Of a stretch of 64,000 nucleotides of DNA, positions 14,043-28,417 are shown piece after piece. The translations under genes and the position numbers were made by a program. The notes under the pieces were generated by a model that was not told the origin of the DNA, ran no database searches, and saw only the letters and a list, made by a program, of their open reading frames with translations. The DNA comes from the human T2T-CHM13v2.0 reference genome, Homo sapiens: NCBI RefSeq assembly GCF_009914755.1, contig NC_060935.1; one strand, 5' to 3'. Position 1 is the first letter of the stretch. Each line of letters opens with the position of its first letter.

Positions 14043-14163
14043 GTCTACAGCCAAAACACATTGAATGTGCCCAATCTCATCTGATCTCAGAAACTAAGCA
14101 GGATTGGGCCTGATTAGTACTTGGATGAGAGACCACTTGTGAAGACTGGGTGCTGCAGGCTTT
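14043..14163 (+). pseudogene. 5S rRNA pseudogene
   Basis: Ungapped full-length match to the vertebrate 5S rRNA sequence as recalled (GTCTACGGCC...GTAGGCTTT), with 21 mismatches over 120 nt by my alignment and all 9 CpGs decayed. Followed by T15 and an A-rich tail. Confidence 0.96.
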
Positions 14164-14328
14164 TTTTTTTTTTTTGAAAATAAAAAAAATTCAAAAATAT
14201 CAATAGATGCCATCGTATAGTATAGATTTAATATGTCTTTACAGACTATTCAGATCTTTTCTTTCCTGTATAAAAGGTAGGACCTCTTATCTATCCACTG
14301 TTCCTTTTTAATATATTATAACCAAATC

Positions 14329-14701
14329 TGTATTAGTTCATTTTCATGCTACTATGAAGAAATACTTGAGGCTGGGTAATCTATAAAGGAAAGAAATTTA
14401 ACTGACTCAGTTCTGAAAGGCGGGGGAGGCTTCAGGAAACTTACAATTCATGTTGGGAGTGGAAGCAAACACATCCCTCTTCATATAGCAGCAGGAGAGA
14501 AAAGTGCAGTGTGAAGGCAGGGAAAGCCCCTCATAAAATCATCAGATCTCATGAGAACTTACTACCACAAGAAAAGCATGGGGAACTGCCCCCGTGATCT
14601 AATCACCTCCCACGAGGTCCCTCCCTCAACACATGTGGATTATAATTTGGATTACAATTCAAGGTGAGATTTGGATGGGGACATAGAACCAGACCATATC
14701 A
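14329..14701 (-). mobile_element. MaLR solo LTR (THE1D-like)
   Basis: tgtattagt...ccatatca. Perfect 5-bp TSD aaatc (14324-14328, 14702-14706). Confidence 0.93.
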
Positions 14702-14754
14702 AAATCCAAATGATTGGTGAAGTGGAAATATGACCATCAATTAAAAGTTGTATA

Positions 14755-15096
<342 letters not shown>

Positions 15097-15525
15097 TTAA
15101 TGTGAGGTTATCATGCAGCTGTAATTTGTAACTAAGTGAAAAGGAGTAAGCTATATCCACATTTAAAAATTATCTAATTACAAAGTCCCTTCACATTTAA
15201 TTATAGGAAGGAAAAAGAATAGAAGACTCATTATTATTGCTAAAAATTTATTTGATTAGTTGCTAGTTTACCAATAACATAAGACACATTCCACACATGA
15301 TTTCTACTTGCATTTATGAAATCCATCTAATCAGCCCTACTTGTGACTGAATACATGCATTCTCTAACCAGTTATTATTTTTTGATGTTCTAGTTTTTTA
15401 TTAAAAATTTACTTTATTGAAGTATGATTGCTATACAAATAACTGTATACCCGTCACCTCTAAAACCTCTCTCCTGTGTTCTTTATTATTATTACTGAGT
15501 GTGTGATAAGAACACTTAATATATG

Positions 15526-15797
15526 CTGGGGTGGTGGTTCATGCCTGTACTGCCAGCACTTTAGGAGCCTGGGTGGGAGGATGGATTGATGCCAGGAGTT
15601 TGAGACCAGCCTGGAAAACAAAGTGAGACTTCATCTCTATAAAAATATTAAAACATTAGCTGGGTGTATTGGTGGTCCCAGCTACTTGGAAGGCTGAGGT
15701 GGGAGGATCACTTAAGCCTGGGAGGTTGAGGCTGCAGTGAGTCATGATTTTGCCACTACTGCATTCCAGCCTGAGTGACAGAGCCAAACCCTGTCTT
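15526..15797 (+). mobile_element. Alu SINE (AluJ-like)
   Basis: ggaggatcacttaagcctgggaggttgaggctgcagtgagtcatgat (AluJ diagnostics). Confidence 0.9.
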
Positions 15798-15825
15798 GAA
15801 AGAAAGAAAGAAAAGAAAGAAAGAA

Positions 15826-15880
<55 letters not shown>

Positions 15881-15962
15881 GAAAGGAAGGAAGGAAGGAA
15901 GGGAAAGAAAGAAAGGAGGGAGGGAAGGAGGGAGGGAGGGAAGGAGGGAGGGAGGGAGGGAG
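15798..15962. repeat. Compound purine microsatellite (GAAA)n(GGAA)n(GGGA)n, Alu tail
   Basis: About 165 nt of pure purine on the + strand. Confidence 0.95.
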
Positions 15963-16185
15963 TATAAGATGTATCCCCTTAGCAAATGTTTAAATACACA
16001 GTATAGTTAACTATAGACATTATGCTCTACAGGAGATTGCTTGAATTCATTCATCTGTATAATTGACAATTTGTAACCATTAACGAATACTTCTCCCCCT
16101 CCTTCTTCCTCCTGAGCCCTGGCAACTGCCATTTTATTCTCTGCTTCTAAGAGTTTGACTATTTCAGACTTATTATATATATCAT

Positions 16186-16558
16186 TGATATGGTTTGGCT
16201 GTGTCTCCACCCAAAGTCTCATCTTGAATTGTAATCTCCATAATCCCCACGTGTCAAAGGAGAGACCAGGTGGAGGTAATTGAATCATGGAGGAGGTTTC
16301 CTCCATGCTGTTCTCATAATAGTGATTAAGTTCTCATAAGATCTGATGGTTTTATAAGTGTTTGGTCATTGCTCCTGCATCATTTTCTCTCCTGCTACCT
16401 TGTTAAGAAAGTGACTTGTTTCCCCTTTGCTTTTCACCATGATTGTAAGTTTCCTGAGGCCTCCCTAGCCATGTGAAATTGTGAGTTGAACCTCTTACCT
16501 TTGTAAATTACCCAGTCTAGGGCAGTTCTTTATAGCAGTATGAAATTGGACTAATACA
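16186..16558 (+). mobile_element. MaLR solo LTR (THE1D-like)
   Basis: tgatatggtttggctgtgt...ggactaataca. Perfect TSD atcat (16181-16185, 16559-16563). Confidence 0.94.
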
Positions 16559-17890
16559 ATCATGTAATATTTTTCCTTCTATATCTTCTTTCACTTAGCA
16601 TAATAGCTCCAAGTTTCCTCTATGTTATCACAAATGATAGAATTTCATAATTTTTAAGGCTAAATTTTATATATATGATATGTATATTTATATATGTACC
16701 AAATTTTTAAATTCATGGACAGAAAGTTTGTTACAACATCTTGGCTACTGTGAGTAATGCTTCAGTGAACATAGGAATGCAGGTGTATCTTCGAGATTCT
16801 GACTTCAATTCCTTTGAATAAATATCTGAAGATATTTAGCAATATTTTTAGCATTGCTAAAGCATTTGGTATTTCTATTTTTAATTGTGAGAAAAATGTT
16901 TTTTTATAATGTTGTACAATTTACATTCTCAGTAACAGTATACTAGGGTTATCTTTTCTATACATCCTTGCTGACACATCTTTTATCTGTGAAAACAGCC
17001 ATTCTAATAGGTAGTAAGGAGGTATCTTACTATGATTTTGATTTGCATTTAACTGATGATTAGTGATGTTGGGTACCTTTTTATAATTTTTGGCCATTTA
17101 TATGACTTCTTGAGAGAAATGTCTATTAAGGATTTTGTCCACTCATGGGTACTAACAATTTTTTTATTAGACTTCTCACCATTTTCTATCTATGAGATCA
17201 TGTTATGTGTAAGTAGTAATTGATAAAAGACATCATTGCATTATCTTGGCACCCTCGTCAAAGATCAGTTGTCATGGTTTATTTCTGTGCTCTCTATTCT
17301 GTTCCATTGGTCTATATGTCTGTTTTATCCAGCACCATACGGTTTTGACTACTATAGCTTTGCAACATGCTTTGAAATCAAGTAATGTGATGGCTCCATC
17401 TTTGTTCTGCTTGCTTAAAATTGCTTTGCTTATCAGGGGTCTTTAGTAGTATCAGATCAATTTAATTTATTTCAATCTTTATAAAAAATTCCATTGGGAT
17501 TTTGATAGGGGTTGCATTAAATCTTTAGATTGCTTTTCGTAGTGTGTACATTTTAACAATATTAATTATTTTGATCCATGAACATGGGATGTCTTTACAT
17601 TTATTTTGTTTGATTTAATTTTTTCATCAGTGTTTTATAGTTTTCAGTATACAATATAATTAAGCCTTTAGTTAAGTTTATTCCTAAGTGTGTTATTCTT
17701 TTTGATGCTATTGCAAATGACATTGTTTTATTAATTTCTGTCTCAATAACTCATTGTTAATATATAGAAATGCAACTGATTTTTGTGTGTTAATTTTGTA
17801 TCCTGCAATTCTTACCTAATTCTTTTATTAGTTCTAACAGTGTTTCAAAGTGAATGTGTGTTTATGGTTTTCTACATATAAGATTATGTC

Positions 17891-18726
<836 letters not shown>

Positions 18727-19244
18727 TCATTTGCAAACAGATAATTTTACTTATTCCTTTTTGACTTGGCTATCTTTCAGTTTTTTGTCTTCCTCAATTG
18801 CTCCGACTAGTATTGAAACAGCCAGGTTGAATAGTAGTAGTGAGAGTAAGCATCCTTCTGTTGCTCTGAATCTTACAGAAAAAGCTTTCAATTTTTCACT
18901 AATTTATTCAGAGTTTTTTTTTGTCATGAAAGAATGTTGAATTTTGACAAAGACTTTTTCTACATCTATTAAGAAAATCATATTATTTGTATCCTTAATG
19001 ACCTTAATGTATAGTATTACTTTGACTAATTTGTGTACGTTGTACCATACTTTTTTCAAAATTTAATGCATATGATTTATTTTAAGAAATCAAGGGTTTT
19101 TTGCCCAAATATAAGCTTAACAAGTGCAAATCCAAGAGCCTTTGAAATAAGGAAATTCGCATAAAGGCAGACAGTAAGACAGATACAAATAAAAGAAGAA
19201 ATATATTAGCATTAGAGATATATTTCCAGATAATTGTCCTTTTG

Positions 19245-19600
19245 CTTGTTTTTTTGTTATAAAGTGACAGTTTGTATACATTTATGAGGTACAAAGCGAT
19301 GTTATGATTAAGGAATACAATGTAGAATAAAATCAAGCTATTTAACATATCTATCACCTCAAATACTTAACATTATTGTGGTGGGAACATTAGCAATTTG
19401 CTCTTAGCAATTTTGAAATTTATAATACTCTATTATTAGCGATATTTACAATGCTGTGTAATAGAACTAAAAAAAAAACCCAAAAACATATTTTTCCCAA
19501 TTTTCCTCATCCTGCAGACTCCATAACCACCATTCTACTCTCTGCTTCTATGGATTCAATTATTTAGATGCCACATATAATAGAGAATATGCAGTATTTT
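19245..19600 (-). mobile_element. L1MA (L1MA8-like) 3' end fragment
   Basis: tgtatacatttatgaggtaca...aatcaagctatttaacatatctatcacctcaaatactt. Confidence 0.8.
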
Positions 19601-20189
19601 AATAAATAATGTTTCATAAAATATCCATAAATATTTAAGAAGTATTGGAACAAATTATTTTTAAAAATAAATTTGTATTAATAATAATCCATATTTTTAA
19701 TAATTCCAATCTTTTAAATTTAAAGTAAAAAGTATAAATATATTCACAAGAAAAATCTAAAGATGTTTAATGACATTGTTGCAATAAGCAATTTCAAAAA
19801 CAAAATCTTGCCCATGTTCTGAAATTAATTGTGCTATTGTAGTTGATACTAGCGTATAATACAATGTAGATAATACTATGTAAGAAAAATATGTCATTTA
19901 TGTAAGAGTAATTTTTAAAATCCTTTCATTATTTCTACTCCATCTGGAACCAGCATACAAAATAAAAAGAAAAATATATTCCATTTTTTAATCTATGTGG
20001 ATATCCTATTGATATAGCAATATTATTTGTAATGATCATTGTTTTTCCTGCTAAGGTCATGTTTAATGATCACGTAAATGTGTTTGATTCTAAACTATTT
20101 ATTTCTATTAAACTATTTCTCTATTCTTCCACCAAAGAAACACTAAAAGTCCCTGCTTTAATAAAGCATATATTATAGTGGGCAAAATA

Positions 20190-20870
20190 AATAAAATAAA
20201 CTGGATATTTTAAGAGAATAGTAAGTGTTATAAAGAAAATAATACAGGTCAAATGATAGAGAGCTGTAGGAATTGGGTACAGAAGGAGCTTTATTGAAAA
20301 GGCTGCATTAGAAAGTCTGAATACATGAAGAGGCAGTCCATAAAAATTGTGATGTGGTAGTATTCCAGAGGAAGTGAATAGCAAAATACCAGGGTTGATG
20401 CAGGAATAAGTCTGATTAGGTGGAGGCCAAAACCTGTAGAGCATTATTAGCCATGTTAAATACATTGGGTTCTATTTTTCATTTCAGGGGAAGATTTGGG
20501 AAAAATTTAAGTTTGGGGTGCGTAAAATTGTCTAAAACTTTTAAAGATTACTCTGTCACATAGAAAATTAACTATAGTAGATCAAGTGTAAAAATAGGGC
20601 AAGAAGTTTGGTGGTTATTCAGGTAGCCCAAATAATAAACACTGATGTAAATACTTAGATATTAGTACCAGAGGTGGTTAAATTCTGAAAACACTGAGAA
20701 ATTAGAGATAAGGACAATCACTGATAAAATAGTGGGATAAAGGAAGAAATAAAGAAAGACTTACAGAAAATAACCCATAGAATGTAAATGAATACTGGTG
20801 CCGTTAGCTAAAAATGAGAAGACAGGAAAAGGTGTTTGGTTAGCAGGATTGGTACGGATCTTGAGTTCAA
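20190..20870 (-). mobile_element. L2 LINE fragment
   Basis: aagtgttataaagaaaataatacagg...gtattccagaggaagtgaatagcaaa...aaagattactctg, a typical antisense L2 pattern. Confidence 0.6.
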
Positions 20871-20944
20871 GCCTCAGTAATTCTTTGTTGGATTGTTTCT
20901 ATTTCTTCTCTCCTAGTGTATAACACATTCTTACAAGTTTGCCA

Positions 20945-21360
20945 ATGTATAATTTATATACATGTGGGTAAAATGTACCACTTGACAAGTTTTGAGATAT
21001 ATAAGTATAGATCTCCATCTTATATATTTATATTTTCATGAAAACATCACCAAAATTAATATAAAAATATACCCATTAGCTGCTCATTCTCATATCCATT
21101 TGTAATCTCTCACTCTTTTCCAGCCCTCTCTCATGCCCAAGAAACCAAGCACTGCTCTGCTTTCTGTCAAAATAAGGTTGAATTGTGTTTTCTGAAAACA
21201 CGTATAAATAGAATCATACCATTTGTTCTCTTGGCTGACTGAATTTTTTCACTCAGAATAAATATTTTAACATACATCCATATTGTATAAAATCAACAAA
21301 ATCAAATCAAATATATTTCTAATAGATAAAAGGCATTTCTTTGCAGGTATATACCACAAT
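20945..21360 (-). mobile_element. Old L1 (L1MC/ME) 3' fragment
   Basis: tataatttatatac...actgctctgctttctgtca...atagaatcatac...ggtatataccacaattt-like motifs. Confidence 0.6.
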
Positions 21361-23495
21361 TGAAATATCAATTGAAATAAAAATAAATGTAAAGAGATTG
21401 AATGATGTAGTTAAATAAAGTTTGTGCTAAAACAATATTGAGACAGCCAAAGTATTTTCTGGACTCATATTTAATACTTAGGACAATGTTGGTGAAGAAT
21501 AAAGTAGAGCTTGTCTTAATTACCAGAATTTTTTAGAAAAACATAGACTTACATGGAAATTTCTTAAAAGTCTATATTCAAAAACAAACAAACAAACAAA
21601 CAACCCCCTGAAAACACAGTCTGTTTTTTATACAACACAGAGCTGATCAGAAATGGAAGATACACACATGGGAATATTTACCCTTAGAAGAAAATAATCA
21701 TATACTAGTTAAGGAACAACATCTGCTCAGCTAGCTGCTGCTGATAAGTTGTGTCACCCAGGAGGGAAGGAAAACCTCAGGGAAAACAAGCAGCAGGGAT
21801 GTGGTGCAAGTCAAATTAGCAAAGCAGTTCCTTTAGAATAACAAGGATTTGCAGCTTCCGAGTCTAAATAGTCTAGGGAAATTAAGGTGTTTTCCCTAAG
21901 GTGAAAAACAAAAATCTGGCTATATTTTACTGAGGACCATGGCTCAAATACCTTATTGAAACTCTGCATTATGAACCAATGATTGCTAGGACCCAGATTT
22001 TTTGGATATTCTTAGGAAAATTTTATGTTTCCTTCAACAGTCCTATTCCTCAAAATTAAAATTCACCATGCCAACTTGCATGCCTGAAATTAACAGTTAA
22101 TTCTAAAATTAAATTTGTATCAGTACTTCTTTTATTTCCTTTGGGGTTATTAGAATTAAACATGCCAAAATCATGCCATTGCTTTCATACATTTGCTCCA
22201 AGGGATAAACGCAACTGTCTTTGCTTTCCAAAGACTCTAATTTAGTTGCCAATAAATAAGTACATCCATAAAATAATTTAAAATTTTTATTATGACCAGT
22301 GTACACATACATATAAAACTGAATGAGTGATTAGAGTAATAACATAAAAGTCACAATCTATTACTAACTGCATACTTTTCATAAAGCCAAAATTGTACTG
22401 AATTTCGTTTTCATTTGCATACTTTTCAAAAATAATTTTGCCACATGGCACAATGTTTTCATTTTTCAGAATTTCATGCTTCACAATTTTACAATTTTTT
22501 CAGTTTAGACGCAACTGACATCTTGATGATGAATTCAGCTATACAGCGTAAGTCACTATTGTTTGCATAATTGAATGTTAAGTAATTATTTTATTAATAA
22601 AATAATTTCAATGTGCTCATATGGAAACAACCTTTATATTACTAATTTAAGAGGCTTATTTTAAAAAACTAAATGCTTCTGTGTTAACTTGTTTACTTTC
22701 TTATTTCCTATTATTTCAACTCCCTATATTTCTGATTACCTTCTTTGAAACCTATACCCAAACTTTCAGGACTGCATATATATCTTTTCAATACATACAT
22801 TATATATTTTACATATATATATGTAAAAGAAACATATTTGATTTTAGAACAGTCTGAAATATACTGAATCCCATATCTAATTTATTGCTTCTTTTTAGTG
22901 GAAAAGTGTCTTTTAATCATTTAGGAGAAGCAACATTCTTACAGCCAATCACAAACACACACACAAAAATCTTTTTTTCCTTCAGAAAATTGAAGTGCAT
23001 TCAAGTGATGGTTGTTATACTTTTTAATTTGCTAAAGATAGGGATTTTATAAAATTCCATGTGTGCTTATTAACTATCGTCTTTTAGCTTCAAAGCCATC
23101 TTTCTATAAGTGATTTGTCATGCTGGGGCTGGGACTAGGAAATCACATTTTCCCTTGCCAGTTGCTCCCTGTTATATCCTCTCTGTGGTAGGTGGAGTGT
23201 GGGGGCGGTGTTAGGAAAGGAGCGTGTTGGGCTTGAGGAAGGAAAACAGGGCTCTTTCTTTTTGTTTGTTGTCTGTTCCTGAAAGCTTTACAGAGCAATA
23301 ATTGACACAAAGGCAGTGGGTATCCGTTTTAGTAACCGTAACAACAATTTGTTACAATTTCCAGTTATTTTCTTTTTTTTTTCAGACTCCCTAAACCAGC
23401 CTCATTGTGTGCCCTTAAGATACCACATCAGCCAAGCTCTAACCACTCCTCAGAAATCCACGCTCAATTTCCAGTCGGTTTCTCCTCCAGCCTAC

Positions 23496-24883
23496 TGAGA
23501 GGTGACAATGTGCTAGCAGCCCTTGCTTGCTCTCCTCACCTCCTTGGCCTCGGCGTCCACTCTAGCCATGCTTGAGGAGCCCTTCAGCCCACCACTGCAC
23601 TGGGGGAGCCCCTCTCTGGGCTGGCCAAGGCCGGAGCTGGCTCCCTCTGCTTGTGGGGAGGTGGGGAGGGAGAGGCATGGGTGGGAGCCAGGGCCACGTG
23701 TGGCCTCGCAGGCCAGGGGGAGTTCCAGGTGGGCGCAGGCACGGTGGGCCCTCTGCACTCAGAGTGCCCAGCCAGTGCCACCAGCCCCGGGCAGTGAGGG
23801 GCTTAGCACCCGGGTCAGCAGCTGCGAAGGGTGGGCCGGGTACCCCAGCACTGCTGGCCGGCCCGTGCTGTGCTCGAATTCTTGCTGGGCCTCAGCCACC
23901 TCCCTGCGAGGCAGGGCTCGGGACCTGCAGCCCACCATGCCCGAACCACCCCCTGCCCCGTGGGCTCCCACGCGGCTGGAGCCTCCCGGACAGGCACCGC
24001 CCTCTGCTCCACAGCGCCTGGTCCCATCAACCACCCAAGGGCTGAGGAGTGCAGGCACATGGCGTGGGACTGGTGGGCAGCTCTGCCTGGGGCCCAGAAC
24101 CTCGTGGGATCCACGAGGCGAAGCCAGCTGGGATCCTGAGTTGGGTGGGGTCGTGGAGAACTTTTATGTCTAACTACAGGATTGTAAATGCACCAGTCAG
24201 CACCCTGTGTCTAGCTCAAGGTTTGTAAACGCACCAATCAGTGCTCTGTGTCTAGCCAATCAAGTGGGGACTTGGAGAACTTTTGTGTCTAGCTAAAGGA
24301 TTGTAAATGCACCAATCAGCACTCTGTGTCTAGCTCAAGGTTTGTAAACACACCAATCAGCACCCTGTCAAAATGGGCCAATCAGCTCCTTGTAAAATGG
24401 ACCAATCAGCAGGATGTGGGTGAGGTCAGATAAGGGAATAAAAGAAGGCTGCCCAAGCCAGCCGCGGCAACCCATTTAGATCCCCTTCCACACTGTGGAA
24501 GCTTTGTTCTTTTGCTCTTTGCAATAAATTTTGCTGCTGCTCACTGTTTGGGTCTGCCCCGCCTTTATGAGCTGTAACACTCACCACGAAGGTCTGCAGC
24601 TTCACTCCTGAAGCCGGAGACCACGAACCCACCGGGAAGAACAAACAACTCCAGACTTGCTGCCTTTAAGAGCTGTAACACTCACCGTGAAGGTCTGCGG
24701 CTTCACTCCTGAAGCCAGAGAGACCACGAACCCACAAGAAGGAAGAAACTCTGGACACATCTAAAACATCTGAAGGAACAAACTCCAGACACACCATCTT
24801 TAAGAATTGTGACACTCACCACAAGGGTCCGCGGCTTTATTCTTGAAGTCAGGGAGACCAAGGACCCACCAATTCTGGACACA
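23496..24883 (+). mobile_element. ERV9 LTR12 solo LTR (LTR12D/E-like)
   Basis: tgagaggtgacaatgtgctagcagccc...ccaattctggacaca. GC-rich U3, tandem gcaccaatcagc repeats and U5 repeats (ctgtaacactcacc..gaaggtctgc). Perfect TSD ctac (23492-23495, 24884-24887). Confidence 0.97.
24230..24445 (+). promoter_or_regulatory. LTR12 promoter/enhancer: CCAAT (NF-Y) cluster, GATA site, AATAAAA TATA-like box
   Basis: Six intact CCAAT motifs between ~24234 and 24406, then gataagggaataaaag at ~24429-24444. Activity is inferred from family knowledge only. Confidence 0.6.
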
Positions 24884-26029
24884 CTACTAAGGTATTTGTC
24901 CAGCCAGTGCGGACCCATTCTTCGGAGACTGGGTCTCAGCTCTGCCCCAAGATTTTTTGTTTCCTCAGTTCTGGGGATGGCAATTGTTTTATAAGATTAC
25001 CACCTCTGTGATACCTCAGTGCCCTAGTTTTGCCTGTTTAATGCATGTGAAGACAGTTTCTTATGTATTAAAATACCTGATGTGGTTTTTATTTTCTGGA
25101 GTAACCTTAAGTGAAACACCATGACTAAAGTCTCCTAAGAATGACCTTCATAAATTAAGATATTTTGTCTTTCACAGTAAACATGCTTCCGGTAAGTTTG
25201 CCTTTATTTTACTGTAGCCATCAATAAAAACATTATTGTGGTGGTTCCTGTTCAAATCCCAGTTTCTCTGTCCCTTTACATTATGAAATATATTAGATGA
25301 AAAATAACGAAGTTTTGTTTGTGGTTTTGGGACTGTATCATAGAAAGGATGATTTTCCCCCTTAATTCTTAAAACAGCACAATGCATAAAGATTATAAAA
25401 TATTATAATCTGTATCTAAACACTGACTTAAGCTGACAGTATTTTAAATCCAGTATTTTGTTTTGAATCCCGTTATTTTAAACCAGATTTTAGAGTTTAG
25501 TTTCTTCAAGCCAAATAAAACAAAACACATTCTTATTCTCTCCACTCCTATGTATCTTGTGCATAAATCTATGGTGCATTTTAGACGGAGAGGATGTGCT
25601 GCTTTACATTCTTCCCACTCCATACATGTTAAACTAAAAGGCCCAGAAAGGATATCATTGAGTGAAAAGAAAATATTGAAAAGGCCAGAAACATCAGAAT
25701 TTTTCTAATACTAGAATACATTAAAGGGAGAAAAGAAAAGAAATAAATTTAAAAAATAAATTTAAAGGGATGATACAAAACTTAAAAAGTGCTATTGTCT
25801 AAAAAATATGAGTGCATGAGTAATACATCTCAGTGCATCCTAAGGATATAGCAATATTGTCTGAAATAATAAGGGAATTCATATATCTTTTGGAATGTAC
25901 ACAAACACATACGAATATACATCTGTTTAACATTGTCTGAATAAGATGAATAATGGCATAGCCCATGACCCAGCTCTTCCACTCTTGGGGTTTGTTTTAT
26001 CTTACAAAATTTCATGCCCTAATACCCAT

Positions 26030-26643
<614 letters not shown>

Positions 26644-26754
26644 TAGTAATTTATATAAAACTAATTTTATTTTTCAAACTTAATTGCAATATTCTAGAAC
26701 ATTTTTAATTTCAAGTTACTTTTTAAAGGCTTCTTTTCATTTTTGTTTTCATTT

Positions 26755-27619
26755 TTATTTTTCAACTTCATTGAGATAGTATTTATATACAACTAAATGC
26801 ACACATTTTAACTTTACAGTTTCATGAGTGACGGCAACTACATACAACATTGTCAACTTGTAATTACTACCTCTACCTAGGAGTAGATAGTTCCATCACA
26901 CCATATAGCGCTCTTTTGCCTTTTTGCAATTATGCCTACATACATGCACACACACAGTCCCAGGTAATCACTGATCTAGGTTCTGTCAACAGAGGTTAAT
27001 AAAAATGGAGTCCTGCAGTACTACAGTACACATACTTTTATTCCTGGCTTCTTCAGCATGTTTTTGAGATCCATCTATGCTTTTAAGTGTATCAGTAGTT
27101 TATATTGCTGAGTAATTGATTATTTTATATAGGGCAAACGGATAAAACGTTTGTGATATATAGATTTTTGGGTTACTTTCAGCATGAATTGTTAACATTT
27201 GTGTAAAATTTCTTATTTCTCTTGGATATTACTTAGGAGTGGAATTGCTGAGTCACACAGAAAGTATAGATTTTTTTGAAAAAGAGTCACGCTATTTTCC
27301 AAAGTGATTTTATCATTGTACACTCTCATGAAAATGCATGCAGGTTCTAACAATGATACATACTGTGCAGTGCTTAGTATTTTTTTTATTATGGAGATGG
27401 AGTGTAAGGGTTTTTTTGTATCTACTGCACAAAGGCACTTTGTCATACATACGTGCAAATATTTTATCCCAATTAATGACTTTTTAAATTGTTTCAAAAG
27501 AGTTTTTAGAGTGTAAGTTTTTAATTTTCATCAAGTCCACTCTATCAATTTTTTATGTTGTGCCCTAATGATTTTTTGCTGAAACATGTCAGGAAGATTT
27601 TCTATTAACATTTTGTCAG

Positions 27620-27620
<1 letters not shown>
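26755..27620 (-). mobile_element. Old L1 (L1MD/ME) 3' fragment
   Basis: attgagatagtatttatatacaactaaatgcacac...acttaggagtggaattgctgagtca...ttttccaaagtg. Confidence 0.75.
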
Positions 27621-27621
<1 letters not shown>

Positions 27622-27671
<50 letters not shown>

Positions 27672-27697
27672 TATATACGTATATATATGTATATATA
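27622..27697. repeat. (TA)n/(CA)n microsatellite
   Basis: About 20 TA units then mixed CA/TA. Confidence 0.95.
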
Positions 27698-27791
27698 GTT
27701 TTTTTTCCCCACAGTATGAAGTCTCAAAGGCCACTGTAACCCCAATATTGCTAAGGTCAATAGGTCCAAATAAAATGGCCTAGAACATTAA

Positions 27792-28123
<332 letters not shown>

Positions 28124-28204
28124 CACTATTCCTTTATGAATACTATCTCAGAATTAGGAAGCCATGAGAATAAGTCATTTAAAGTTTTCGGTTTATAATT
28201 ATTC

Positions 28205-28417
28205 ATGTTATAATAATTACCATGTGTCCGGCAGTGTTCTATGTGCCTTACAAATATTTCTTATAAAATCCTGATAATCATTGTATAAGAAAGTGATTTA
28301 CTAATTTTACAAAGGGGCAAAGTAAAGCCCATAAATCTTTCATAAAGTCATTGACTCATACATGGTGCCAGAATCCTAGAAGGCAGATTCCAGAGCATAT
28401 TCTCTGAACCACTATAC
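28205..28417 (-). mobile_element. MIR SINE
   Basis: taccatgtgtccggcagtgttctatgtgccttaca...attttacaaagggg...gattccagagc...aaccactatac. Confidence 0.65.

Larger units (their letters stand above)
23100..25118 (+). mobile_element. ERVL LTR33-like element, split by the LTR12 insertion
   Basis: atgctggggctgggact...cacattttcccttgccagttg on the left, and attaaaatacctgatgtggttttt...tgaaaca on the right. Confidence 0.6.

Noticed and set aside
15656-16010. Lys/Glu/Arg-rich and Phe/Leu/Ser-rich ORFs
   Set aside because: Translations of the (GAAA)n/(GGAA)n Alu tail.
23513-24173. Longest ORF in the window (216 aa) and several overlapping ORFs on both strands
   Set aside because: All lie within the GC-rich U3 of LTR12, where stop codons are rare. 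The peptides are Pro/Ala/Gly-rich with no recognisable domain, and the longest has a non-ATG start.
24170-24830. Regularly spaced repeats that look superficially like a CRISPR array
   Set aside because: They are the known U3 (gcaccaatcagc) and U5 tandem repeats of LTR12. There are no unique spacers or cas genes, and the context is eukaryotic.
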